NCBI GenBank assembly: GCA_900617105.1
Contig: UYFQ01000686.1
Coordinates: 1 to 37,138 of the forward strand
Direction: 5' to 3'
Length of the DNA: 37,138 nucleotides
Source: Hydrurus foetidus
Taxonomy: Eukaryota
Shown piece by piece: positions 21,688 through 30,440 of this stretch. Under the pieces are notes generated by a model that had not been told where the DNA came from, did not search any database, and saw nothing but the letters and a program-made list of their open reading frames with translations. Position numbers and translations under genes: made by a program. Numbering within the stretch: position 1 is the first letter of the stretch; each line of letters starts with the position of its first letter.

Positions 21688-21952
21688 TGTGGTCGTCGGT
21701 GACCTGAAGACGAAGGACGAAGATGATGGACGAGGACGGAGGGTGAAAAACGAAGACGGAGGAGGTGGAAGAGTATTCTTATAGTTTACAGCGAGAAACA
21801 AGCAGTAGTATTTACAGTGATGTGTACTCGCGTGGAAACGAAAAGAAAAGAAAACTGTACCGGACTTTGGGTCCGTTCTAGAATCTGCAGTACAGGTATA
21901 GTATACAGTCACAGTGTATCCGTACATGCAGTACAGATGCAGTGAGGCTACA
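21688..21952 (-). repeat. 3' LTR (265 bp) of a third gypsy/chromovirus, preceded by a polypurine tract (21953..21978)
   Basis: Minus strand GGAAAAGAAAATGGAAGAAGGGGTAG|TGTAGCC...GACCACA, downstream of the chromodomain ORF. Confidence 0.8.
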
Positions 21953-22161
21953 CTACCCCTTCTTCCATTTTCTTTTCCAATGAACTCTACTAATATTTGT
22001 ATGAGAGTAGGAAAGAAAGACGAAACAAAACACATTTTGAAAAAAAAATGAGAAACTTCGAAAACGATGATGTCAGACTCTTACTGACTAAATTCCTCCA
22101 AAAAAAGAATATAAAAAAATAGGAGGTAAATTCTTCATGAATAACGTTTCGAGTGAAGAAA

Positions 22162-22482
22162 TCAACGGTGTTGTTTATTGATTAATTTTGTTAAATTATT
22201 TTGACGCAAGTAATCATGAAGTTTATCAACATCACGAAGATTGGAGTAAGGCTCCCAAGTGTTTTTGTCAGAAGGGTAATTTAACCATTTGACTAAAAAC
22301 TCAATTCTGGAGCGTTGATGAGGTCCACGGTGATCAAGGATGTCTTCTACGAGGTATTTCATATGGTCATGACGCGCGACATCAACAGGATTTGTAATCG
22401 CTAGATCATACAGAAACGGTTTCATGGCCGATACATGATATACCGCTGTTTTTTGTGTGATCAAATCGTATAGAGTGTAACG
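22162..22482 (-). pseudogene. Chromovirus integrase C-terminal fragment with chromodomain
   Basis: YTLYDLIT...VYHVSAMKPF (GPY/F-region tail), then YLVEDILDHRG...FLVKWLNY...NTWEP (chromodomain). Confidence 0.9.
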
Positions 22483-22694
22483 ACACGTGAATCAAAGTGC
22501 GTTGCCACAACTGTTTTAGATCCTGTAAATTCCTTCCCGCACAGCTTGCAGCGGTACACATTATTTCCTCCAGTAGATTTCCTAATTATCCAGCAGTATT
22601 TTTCGATTGGCCCCACAGGCTGAACAATCCCTACGTCTGTATCCGCAGGCGCTTCGTCGGCCACAGCATTGGCACTAAAGAAAGAATGCATCAC
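22483..22694 (-). pseudogene. hAT transposase N-terminal BED-type zinc finger remnant
   Basis: CW...YRCKLCGKEFTGS....ATHF; ends where the gypsy fragment begins. Confidence 0.7.
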
Positions 22695-22934
22695 AAATTT
22701 ATTAACTGCTCAACGCATTGATGTGTACTGCTCACTGCTCGCTGCTAGATGACTAACTTTTAACTTCTAACTTGTGATGGTGACCTCAGGAATCAGGGAA
22801 CCGGGATAGTCCCGGTTCCCTAGGACCACCCGGTTCCCTAGATAGGGCCCTATCTAGGGAACATCTGAAAACCTTAGATAGGGCCCTAGCCCTTTGCTCC
22901 TACGCAGATTAAAAGTGAAACCACAATATATATA

Positions 22935-23251
22935 TGTTGGGATTCCTCAACTTCCGGATGCTTTGTGGCGCGTGTGACCAGTGACCCAATGCTCGTAAAA
23001 TAGACTTGTATTGCGTAATTACTTGATAATTAAACTTGTGCACCGGCATCAATCAAGACGGCAACGAAGCTTTATATATCAAGACAATTGCACGTTTTCA
23101 TCCATGTTGAAGACAGACGAATGGGTGGCTCCATGAGCCCACATATCTAACGGTCAGCGGTACTTACCCTCAGGGCGCACACCGCTGTCCGTCAGGATCC
23201 ATGCATACACTATACAACTACAGCAGTGTCTTTTCTCCGGATACTTTAACA
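22935..23251 (-). repeat. Copia 3' LTR
   Basis: Direct repeat of 28223..28539 with 5 differences by manual comparison. Confidence 0.95.
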
Positions 23252-23382
23252 CACCCAACAGGCACGCAGTAGTTGAAGCACCCGGGCACGCATCGGATCT
23301 TCATGTCAGCAATAGAATAAATGTGAATTGATTTGCAAGCAGTAATATCTAACTAAATAATGTCGTGTGGTCTCAGGCGTCT

Positions 23383-25401
23383 TCATTTCTCTGCTTTGTC
23401 GGTAGCCCATCCTGTGAGCCCGTCTCTCTCTCTGCGGAACTGAGATCCTTGGAGCGGCTTTGTCAGCACGTTGGCGTACATGTCCTCGCTGCGCAGGTAC
23501 TGCACCCGCACTTCCCCGGTGTCCACTCGCTCTTTGACCCAGAAGTATCGGATTTGTATGTGGCGTGTGCGCTCCGCTCCCGATCTGCCGCGTTCCACTA
23601 ACGCCATGCAGGACTGGTTGTCCTGGTATATGATGACCGGCTCCATCTTGTAACCCTGTGCGATTAGAAATGTACGGATAAAAATGCTCTGATTGGTGGA
23701 ATCAGATAGGCCGACCAGCTCAGCCTCTGTACTCGACTTTGTCACAATTAGCTGCTTCGATGATCTACAGTGCACCGCTCCGATGTCCCCGATCACTACG
23801 CAGCTCCCTGTGTGGGACCGTCCGTCAGTGTGCACCCCGTATGACGCATCCACAAAAAGCCGCACTACTATACCACTGTCGCCTGGTCGCAGCACTACGC
23901 CGCTGTCCCTTGTCGCGTGGATGTATCTCACGAGTCGCTGGAGCTTGTCCACGTCATCTGCTGTGCACTTGTTCACCCGTGTGGACAGGAAAGCCACTGC
24001 GACTAGGCACTCTGGTTTGGTGCGCTTGGCCAGGTATAGGATCATGGCTACGACTTTGTGGAACCATACCCTCACTGGCTCCGCCACCGCTGCTGCATCC
24101 TCCCTAGTCTCGAACAGTCCGTCTGTGGCGGGTGACCTCGCCGTCCCCTTCACCCCTGATGTTCTGACGATCTCGTCGCAATATCCCGTAGTTGTGATCA
24201 TCGCCGTTCCTGGTATGTGCATATCTATTGCCATGCCGAGATAATTTATAAGAGGTCCATGTGACAATGTAATCGAACCGTACCTCTTGCGCAGTCCGTC
24301 GACTAGGTGGGACATGGATCCCTTGCTGTTGCTTGTTATTAACAAGTCGTCGACGTGTACTGCAACAGTGCACTGGTGCCCGTCCGGGCCCGTTCGGTTG
24401 AATACGCATCTATCACATATATTCCGTGTGTACCCCAATCCCAGCATGGTGGCGTACAGATTCTCGTACCACAGACCGGAGCTCTCGACGCACCCGTATA
24501 GTGCTTTTTTCAGGTGTACCGTCACTCCGCCTCTTGCGTCTGTGTACTTACCGTACTTCGGGTCGATGTCTATGATGAGGTCAGTCATGGTGCGATCCAG
24601 TCGCATGTGTACTGGCACCTCCAGTGACATGTCCGCGTTCAGGTACGCCCCGCTGATGTCGACTACTGCAACTCGGCGCTTCTCATGTGCTGCAACTGCC
24701 AGCAAGGTGAACACAGCGCTGGTCGACACGGTTGGAGATGATAAATCCTCGTATAAGCTCTTATCCTGTTGGTCGCCTCCTGCGACCAGTCTGGCTTTGA
24801 GCTTGTGAAAGCTCCCATCTGGATTGTTCTTCTGCTTCAAGAACATGGAGGACCTGATTGTTGTTGCTCTCTGCATCGCTGACAACTTGCCTCCCATAAC
24901 AGGCGCCCATACTCTCTTGTCTAACATCTGCTTCAGCTCTGATACGATGACACTCTTGGCCTCGTCACCTCTCGTGCGGAGTGCCTCTCTAACACTGATG
25001 TTAGCGGTGTTGCTCTTGCTCAGTTCCTCCCTGTGGCGCTTCATCACTTCTTCAACGTGGTGCGTTGGTACTACTGTGCTCGCAGCTGCTTCGCCTTCGG
25101 CCGTTACGAATGCCCCCTCGTTGGTGTGAGACGACCGAGTCGTCATCCTCTCAGTCGGTGCTGGTACCCTGCGCTGCTCTCTAAGCGGTGGGTGCAATGG
25201 TTGCACTGCTGGTTCTGTGTCAGGTACGGGTGCATCGCCGGAAATGTCGCTTGGGATTGTCGGTTCGTACAGGGGTGTTGGTGGTGGTGATGGTGTAGGC
25301 ACGTTCCGTTCGTGCACCCCGACTGTCTCGTATTCCGAGATTCTCATTTCTTCTTGAGCTACTGTCGTGTCGGCTGATACTAGCACCCCCCCTCCCCACA
25401 T
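23383..25401 (-). CDS. pol: Copia pol: RT and RNase H (separated from integrase by a frameshift near the C-run at about 25390)
   Basis: KARLVAGG, DISGAYL, LKKALYG, HVDDLL; DASYG, SSTEAELVG, QDNQS. Confidence 0.95.
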   Translation of the reverse strand: MWGGGVLVSADTTVAQEEMRISEYETVGVHERNVPTPSPPPTPLYEPTIPSDISGDAPVPDTEPAVQPLHPPLREQRRVPAPTERMTTRSSHTNEGAFVTAEGEAAASTVVPTHHVEEVMKRHREELSKSNTANISVREALRTRGDEAKSVIVSELKQMLDKRVWAPVMGGKLSAMQRATTIRSSMFLKQKNNPDGSFHKLKARLVAGGDQQDKSLYEDLSSPTVSTSAVFTLLAVAAHEKRRVAVVDISGAYLNADMSLEVPVHMRLDRTMTDLIIDIDPKYGKYTDARGGVTVHLKKALYGCVESSGLWYENLYATMLGLGYTRNICDRCVFNRTGPDGHQCTVAVHVDDLLITSNSKGSMSHLVDGLRKRYGSITLSHGPLINYLGMAIDMHIPGTAMITTTGYCDEIVRTSGVKGTARSPATDGLFETREDAAAVAEPVRVWFHKVVAMILYLAKRTKPECLVAVAFLSTRVNKCTADDVDKLQRLVRYIHATRDSGVVLRPGDSGIVVRLFVDASYGVHTDGRSHTGSCVVIGDIGAVHCRSSKQLIVTKSSTEAELVGLSDSTNQSIFIRTFLIAQGYKMEPVIIYQDNQSCMALVERGRSGAERTRHIQIRYFWVKERVDTGEVRVQYLRSEDMYANVLTKPLQGSQFRRERDGLTGWATDKAEK

Positions 25402-26992
25402 CAGGGAGGGTAGTCTCGAGGATGATGTCGGCAGAGGGTAGGTCGGTGAGGGTTGGTTGGTTGTACACCGCTACTTCGTCGGCAGGTGCATCCTGAGTGG
25501 GGGGGTTGGTATTGAAGGTTGGCAGGTTAGATTTGTCGAGGCTGTTGGCAAAGAGCAATTCATCAAACACATGTAGTTTGGTTTGGGTGATTTTCTTCCC
25601 TTCTCTAAGCGCCATCGCGTTCAAAGTCATAATGACTGACTGAGGCATCGGCAGTATCTTGAACTGGTCCCGAGTGACGATCCTGCCGGTTGCAAGCGAA
25701 AGCATCTTGAATGATCCAGTCCTGTTTTGTGTTGGTAGCATGACAATGCAATCTTCAGTACGCGATGTCATAGTATTGTCAGTGTTTGGTACTGTACAGA
25801 CTGCATAATCCCCGAATGCGGCGCGGAAGTCCAGGTTCCCATCAACCCGCCGTCCTGAGAAGAGCTCCCTTGGGGAGAGACCCCCTGGCCTCGATCCTGA
25901 CTGCTGGCAGTTGATACGTGAGACGCAGTATAGGGCTAGGTAGGTTAAACATAATTCATTCGGAGTGAATGGCAATCTACCGCAGATGTGAGCACGTGCT
26001 CTCTCCTTCACCATCTGGATACGCCGCTCAATTCTTGCAACATGACCTCCTGCTGCGCTCACGTCCACCTCAATCCCTAGGGCCATCAAATCCACCCTCA
26101 TTTTCCCGATGGCACCTTCTCCGTCAGACATGATGACATGCACTAGAAAGTTCCTAGATTTCAAGATGGATATCATCTCGCACAGTGCCGGCTTTACAAC
26201 TGCCGCTGCACGCGAGGTCTTTGCAGTGTCGAGTCGGATGAGGCTCACGGCGAGTGTCATGTCCAAAGGGGTTGAGACTGCAATGAGTATCGCTGTTGAC
26301 TCCAGGTACATGATGTCAACGCTCAGGACCTGCTGCTGTTGTGCTGGTGCAGGTGTTAGAGAGATGTCCGCTGTAGGTGAGGGTTTCTTGTGAGTCTTGC
26401 CTCGTAGGCTGGCCAAGCATTTACCCCAGATAGTGTGAGCGTTTCTGAAGTCGGCCTCCGAGACGCTGAAGTTATTCCCACCGCGTATCATCGCGATCGC
26501 CATCTCTACTGGCGGGTACCCCATACGAGCTAGCAGTTCCCTAGCAGCTGTGGCCGACGCGATCTCGCGTTTCGTGAACTTCCCCATGTTCTCACTGACC
26601 GTTGCTACCATAGCCTGTTCGGTGTATTGACGCGGTTGCTTCTGACCAGCCATACCTCTCACGTCGCACACATAGAATCGACCCGTTGAGCCTGGCAGGT
26701 TCTGCCTGCTGAAGCTGTATGCTGCTTTACTGCCTGCCGGTCGCAGGATGAAGCATCCATTCTCCTGATTGTAGCTAAGGTCAGCGCCTCTATCCGCCAT
26801 AGCTGCGAACGACAATATGTTAGCCGTAGCCCTGGGGCTATAGTAGACTGGCCCGATCTCCCCGAAGTCACCTTCTTGGTCGACTCTGACACTCTCTGCT
26901 TCTCGTTGAACTCCGTTCAAGAGGATTGACTGCTGTGATTTCCGGATATCTGTCAGGAGGCTCGAATTGCAAAATATGCTGACGGATGCCTG
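25220..26992 (-). CDS. pol: Copia pol: protease C-terminal part and integrase
   Basis: NILSF (protease), LSVDIM, SDGEG, IERRIQMVKER (DDE); in frame with gag across a single TAA. Confidence 0.9.
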   Translation of the reverse strand, partial: QASVSIFCNSSLLTDIRKSQQSILLNGVQREAESVRVDQEGDFGEIGPVYYSPRATANILSFAAMADRGADLSYNQENGCFILRPAGSKAAYSFSRQNLPGSTGRFYVCDVRGMAGQKQPRQYTEQAMVATVSENMGKFTKREIASATAARELLARMGYPPVEMAIAMIRGGNNFSVSEADFRNAHTIWGKCLASLRGKTHKKPSPTADISLTPAPAQQQQVLSVDIMYLESTAILIAVSTPLDMTLAVSLIRLDTAKTSRAAAVVKPALCEMISILKSRNFLVHVIMSDGEGAIGKMRVDLMALGIEVDVSAAGGHVARIERRIQMVKERARAHICGRLPFTPNELCLTYLALYCVSRINCQQSGSRPGGLSPRELFSGRRVDGNLDFRAAFGDYAVCTVPNTDNTMTSRTEDCIVMLPTQNRTGSFKMLSLATGRIVTRDQFKILPMPQSVIMTLNAMALREGKKITQTKLHVFDELLFANSLDKSNLPTFNTNPPTQDAPADEVAVYNQPTLTDLPSADIILETTLPDVGRGGASISRHDSSSRRNENLGIRDSRGARTERAYTITTTNTPVRTDNPKRHFRRCTRT

Positions 26993-28195
26993 TTAGTCCA
27001 GTAGTACGTGGCTTCGAGTGAAGAGGACGGTTTCGTTCGTAGTGACGAAGGCCGCCTCGACACTCTCATCGTCGTCTTCGAGTTGGTCTTCTATGGCGGT
27101 GAGCAGCGCTTGCTCGCCGACCTTTCGTTCTTCGCAATCTTTCGCGTAGTGGCCAGTCTGTCCGCATACGAAGCAGATCACTGATGATGATTTCTTCTTC
27201 GATGCAGCTGTCTTGCCTGTCGATCCTTTTCCTGGGACTTTTTCCTTTGTTCTCGGCAAAGTGTCGGTGAGGAATGCGGAATGTTGTTCGGCTCCGAGGG
27301 GGACACCCCCGCCGGCGTTCGTCCAAGATGACGCTACCCTGTATGCTCCGGCTAAGGTGGAAGGGTAACTGTTTGGTAGGTTTTGCACAGCGTTATTCCG
27401 CATAAAAGTCAACATACCGGTATACCTTTTTGGGTCTAACTTACTGAGGAAGTCGATAGCTCTTATCGGTTCTTCCACTTCAGTCATGCCGACACCCCTG
27501 TTGGCTAATACCTGGTTATCAAATCGCGTTTTGAAGTCGCCGATTACCTCACGTTCACCCTGTCTGAGGTAGTTGTACCTCAGTGTTTGTTCGTGGACGT
27601 TCACTGCTCTCATTGAGTCGTCTTCACCATAGATGTGGGTTAGATGGCTTCTGCGGATGAACTCCCATAGTTGCACACTGTCGAGTCTGAGGCGGCATGC
27701 CTCGAAGCCTGGCTCCTCTCGAACCTTGGACTTGGACCCAGTCGACATCCTCGACCACATGAGTGGAAATAGCTTTTGCTCGTCGATTTTCTGGGCCTCG
27801 ACTGCCTTACGGCGTCCCTCAAACGCGCCAGCCCGCAGCTTGTCGATGAGCGCCTCAGAGTACACGGCAGGAGCTTCTGGAGGAAGCTGTGGCCCGATCA
27901 TGACATTTTCAGGGTCTACGGATTCGTCCTCATCTTCCTCCCCGTCTTCATTTTCGATACCCGCTGTCGTGGTATCGGTATCCACCGTTTGAAAGGTGGG
28001 GTTGTAATCCTCCTCACGAGGGTACGGATGGACGTATCTCTTGTTGGTGCTGAAGAACATGCCGGTCATACCGTACAGGCCACATGCCTCGTTCTGCATG
28101 TCTTCCTTCCATTGCACCACGTTGTTTTGGCGTCCGATTTTCAGCATGCAGTGCTCTGCACCTGATTTCGGTTCTTCTTGTTTCTTCGGCGGCAT
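26993..28195 (-). CDS. gag: Copia gag with zinc knuckle; ends at an in-frame TAA inside the protease motif (LLD*QAS)
   Basis: LRQGEREVIGDF; CFVCGQTGHYAKDC. Confidence 0.92.
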   Translation of the reverse strand: MPPKKQEEPKSGAEHCMLKIGRQNNVVQWKEDMQNEACGLYGMTGMFFSTNKRYVHPYPREEDYNPTFQTVDTDTTTAGIENEDGEEDEDESVDPENVMIGPQLPPEAPAVYSEALIDKLRAGAFEGRRKAVEAQKIDEQKLFPLMWSRMSTGSKSKVREEPGFEACRLRLDSVQLWEFIRRSHLTHIYGEDDSMRAVNVHEQTLRYNYLRQGEREVIGDFKTRFDNQVLANRGVGMTEVEEPIRAIDFLSKLDPKRYTGMLTFMRNNAVQNLPNSYPSTLAGAYRVASSWTNAGGGVPLGAEQHSAFLTDTLPRTKEKVPGKGSTGKTAASKKKSSSVICFVCGQTGHYAKDCEERKVGEQALLTAIEDQLEDDDESVEAAFVTTNETVLFTRSHVLLD

Positions 28196-28212
28196 CTCTT
28201 ATGCGCTGATCT

Positions 28213-28223
28213 AGTTTAATTAT
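28213..28223 (-). other. Copia PBS position, complementary to LTR 28314..28324 (candidate self-priming site)
   Basis: + strand AGTTTAATTAT (28213-23) is the exact reverse complement of ATAATTAAACT (28314-24); no TGG PBS. Confidence 0.7.
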
Positions 28224-28539
28224 GTTGGGATTCCTCAACTTCCGGATGCTTTGTGGCGCGTGTGACCAGTGACCCAATGCTCGTAAAATAGACTTGTATT
28301 GCGTAATTACTTGATAATTAAACTTGTGCACCGGCATCAATCAAGACGGCAACGAAGCTTTATATATCAAGACAATTGCACGTTTTCATCCATGTTGAAG
28401 ACAGACGAATGGGTGGCTCCATGAGTCCACACATCTAACGGTCAGCGGTACTTACCCTCAGGGCGCACACCGCTGTCCGTCAGGATCCATGCATACACTA
28501 TACAACTACAGCAGTGTCTTTTCTCCGGATACTCCGACA
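28223..28539 (-). repeat. Copia 5' LTR with candidate TATA box (TATATAAA, 28366..28359)
   Basis: Direct repeat of 22935..23251; the gag ATG lies 28 nt downstream. Confidence 0.95.
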
Positions 28540-28677
28540 ATATATAGGTCCAATTATGCTTGATACAAAACTACTGCGCACAGTAATTATGCATGATATA
28601 AAACAACTGATCACAGCACACTGGCATCTTAACAAGTTCGACCGCATACGCTGAGACTACCACTGAGACGACCACCA

Positions 28678-30324
28678 ATGGTGAAGTTCGTTCCGGTAAC
28701 TGACGTCGAGAGGCCAAAAGCAGCCCAGAACCTGAACACGTCAGCGAATGATAAGCATAGGAGGTTCGACAATCCTCATTCTGTGGGGAAAACTGTCGAT
28801 CGAGGATGGCAGCAGGGAAATGTAGGCTGGGGTGTTCTCGGCGCCTTCGGGAATTTGGATAAGGATGATGCAGCACAGGTCATCAAGCGTGCTGAAGGAG
28901 TCAACAAAATGGTGAAAAACGAAAAAGGTCTCTGGGTTAAGGTCAAAAGTACACATACCGACGCAGTTTCTGCAACGAGCTCGAGCCGAGGTCGTGGAGG
29001 AGGTATCAGCGTCCTTGATTCCCTTGGATGTAATTCCAATTCTTCGTACGATAAACAACACTCCGAGGACGATGGGATGACAATAGAATCAAGGGGTAGA
29101 TCTGACGATAGGTTCAGAGATAAATCTGGGGAGAGATATCAAAGTAAACGTAGTGAAACGGTGTGTAACAGAAGCAAAAGTAGGAGTAGAAGCAGAAGCA
29201 ACAGCAGCAGCAACTATCGGAACAGATGCAATCGTCGGAGGAGCAGGAGCACGGAGAGGAGATCACGTCGCTCAGATCACCGAAGGAGTGATAGGCATAG
29301 ACGAGAGCGACACGACAGGTGTTCCTCCCGATCGCGATCGAAATCGTCTTCTGTATCTCGAACGCGTCACAGGAAGAGTGATGGATCTAGACGCGACAAT
29401 GACCATCGGTCGCACCTTCCCTCTGGCGGCAGGAAGCGAGACCGCTCCAGCTCTAGTCATACCGACAGAAACAGAAGACGCAGCAACGATCGGTACAATG
29501 AAAGCAATAGAGACAGCGACAGAAATCTTAAAAGCGAGAGGAGGCCTAATGAGAGCTCGAGCAGTTCCTCAGGGACTGATATCACTGAGGGGAACAAGAC
29601 CAGCAGATCGAACACCGAGAAGGACGATGAGTTGCGAGATCCACCTTCTCCTGAAACAGAAGAGGAGCACGTTTTTGAGTTCTCTGCCACTCAGCTAGCT
29701 AATCGTTTCCTCGAAGTCTTCTCAGGGCTTGGGCTGAACTTGACGAAGAGATCGAATACAGAAGATGAAGAAGAGGAGTCAGGCAACAGACGTCTCGATG
29801 CTATCGCTGATCTCCTCTCTGAAAACTCACAAGTGCTCAGCCTCAAGAGCGGCAAAGTGATGCTGAGCGGGAAGAGCTCTATCCGATCCAGCTTCACACG
29901 TACGTCACCGGAGGAGTCGAGGTGCTCCCACCGTGTCGTTCTGAACATCCCTCAAGACACGGTCAGCAGTGACACCTATTCCATCAGTGAGAACGCACCT
30001 AAAGGGAGCGTTAGTTACTGCCTCGACTTCCACGCCCCCTTCACTTCACCCGGACTGGGAGACCGAACAAAGGATACCGCCCTCCTATACCGCTGTGTGG
30101 GGTCCCTGCTGACGCACATATGGGGGGCAGTCGACCCGGACAAGTTCTCTACCGCATGGTCCGTGAAACAGTCCACATCTTCGAAGGAAGCTGTTCTGGA
30201 CACGAAATGTTGGGCTTGGGCTACTGCGATGGTCTCGAAGGAATTTCCGTCCTTTACAGACCTTGTTACTGATAGCGAAGTAGTGATATTCCACGACTAC
30301 AATACTATTGAATCCTGGGGCTGA
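28678..30324 (+). CDS. Host gene: Arg/Ser-rich protein (548 aa) with a globular C-terminal domain, possibly NTF2/SnoaL-like
   Basis: Long intact ATG-initiated ORF; central RS dipeptide region; non-repetitive C-terminus. Confidence 0.75.
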   Translation: MVKFVPVTDVERPKAAQNLNTSANDKHRRFDNPHSVGKTVDRGWQQGNVGWGVLGAFGNLDKDDAAQVIKRAEGVNKMVKNEKGLWVKVKSTHTDAVSATSSSRGRGGGISVLDSLGCNSNSSYDKQHSEDDGMTIESRGRSDDRFRDKSGERYQSKRSETVCNRSKSRSRSRSNSSSNYRNRCNRRRSRSTERRSRRSDHRRSDRHRRERHDRCSSRSRSKSSSVSRTRHRKSDGSRRDNDHRSHLPSGGRKRDRSSSSHTDRNRRRSNDRYNESNRDSDRNLKSERRPNESSSSSSGTDITEGNKTSRSNTEKDDELRDPPSPETEEEHVFEFSATQLANRFLEVFSGLGLNLTKRSNTEDEEEESGNRRLDAIADLLSENSQVLSLKSGKVMLSGKSSIRSSFTRTSPEESRCSHRVVLNIPQDTVSSDTYSISENAPKGSVSYCLDFHAPFTSPGLGDRTKDTALLYRCVGSLLTHIWGAVDPDKFSTAWSVKQSTSSKEAVLDTKCWAWATAMVSKEFPSFTDLVTDSEVVIFHDYNTIESWG

Positions 30325-30440
30325 TAGGCAGTGCGTGTTACTGCAGATATCTGTATTAGTCCCTCTCAATCATGACGTAAGGAATGAGTCGTATAATAAG
30401 AAATTACTTACATCGAGTTTTACAGCACCACAAATTTCAT

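Larger units (their letters stand above)
21588..22907 (-). mobile_element. hAT-like deletion derivative (1320 bp) containing a gypsy 3' fragment
   Basis: Perfect 17-bp TIR CTGCGTAGGAGCAAAGG; perfect 8-bp TSD ATTAAAAG (21580-87, 22908-15); CCCTAGA-type subterminal repeats; BED-finger remnant. Confidence 0.93.
20022..22926. mobile_element. Non-autonomous element with ~57-bp TIRs in a TA context; hosts two nested insertions
   Basis: Left TTGTGGTTTCACTTTTGATTGGCAGCA...GAAAAACACT (20022-20078). The right copy is split: 21542-21587 plus 22916-22926, interrupted by the 21588..22907 element. TA on both flanks. Confidence 0.85.
22935..28539 (-). mobile_element. Full-length Ty1/copia LTR retrotransposon (5605 bp), CoDi-like
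   Basis: Two 317-bp LTRs (TGTTG...ACA on +), 5-bp TSD ATATA (22930-34, 28540-44), order gag-PR-IN-RT-RH. Confidence 0.97.

Noticed and set aside
23365..28165. Plus-strand ORFs across the copia
   Set aside because: Antisense shadows of gag-pol with no recognisable motifs.
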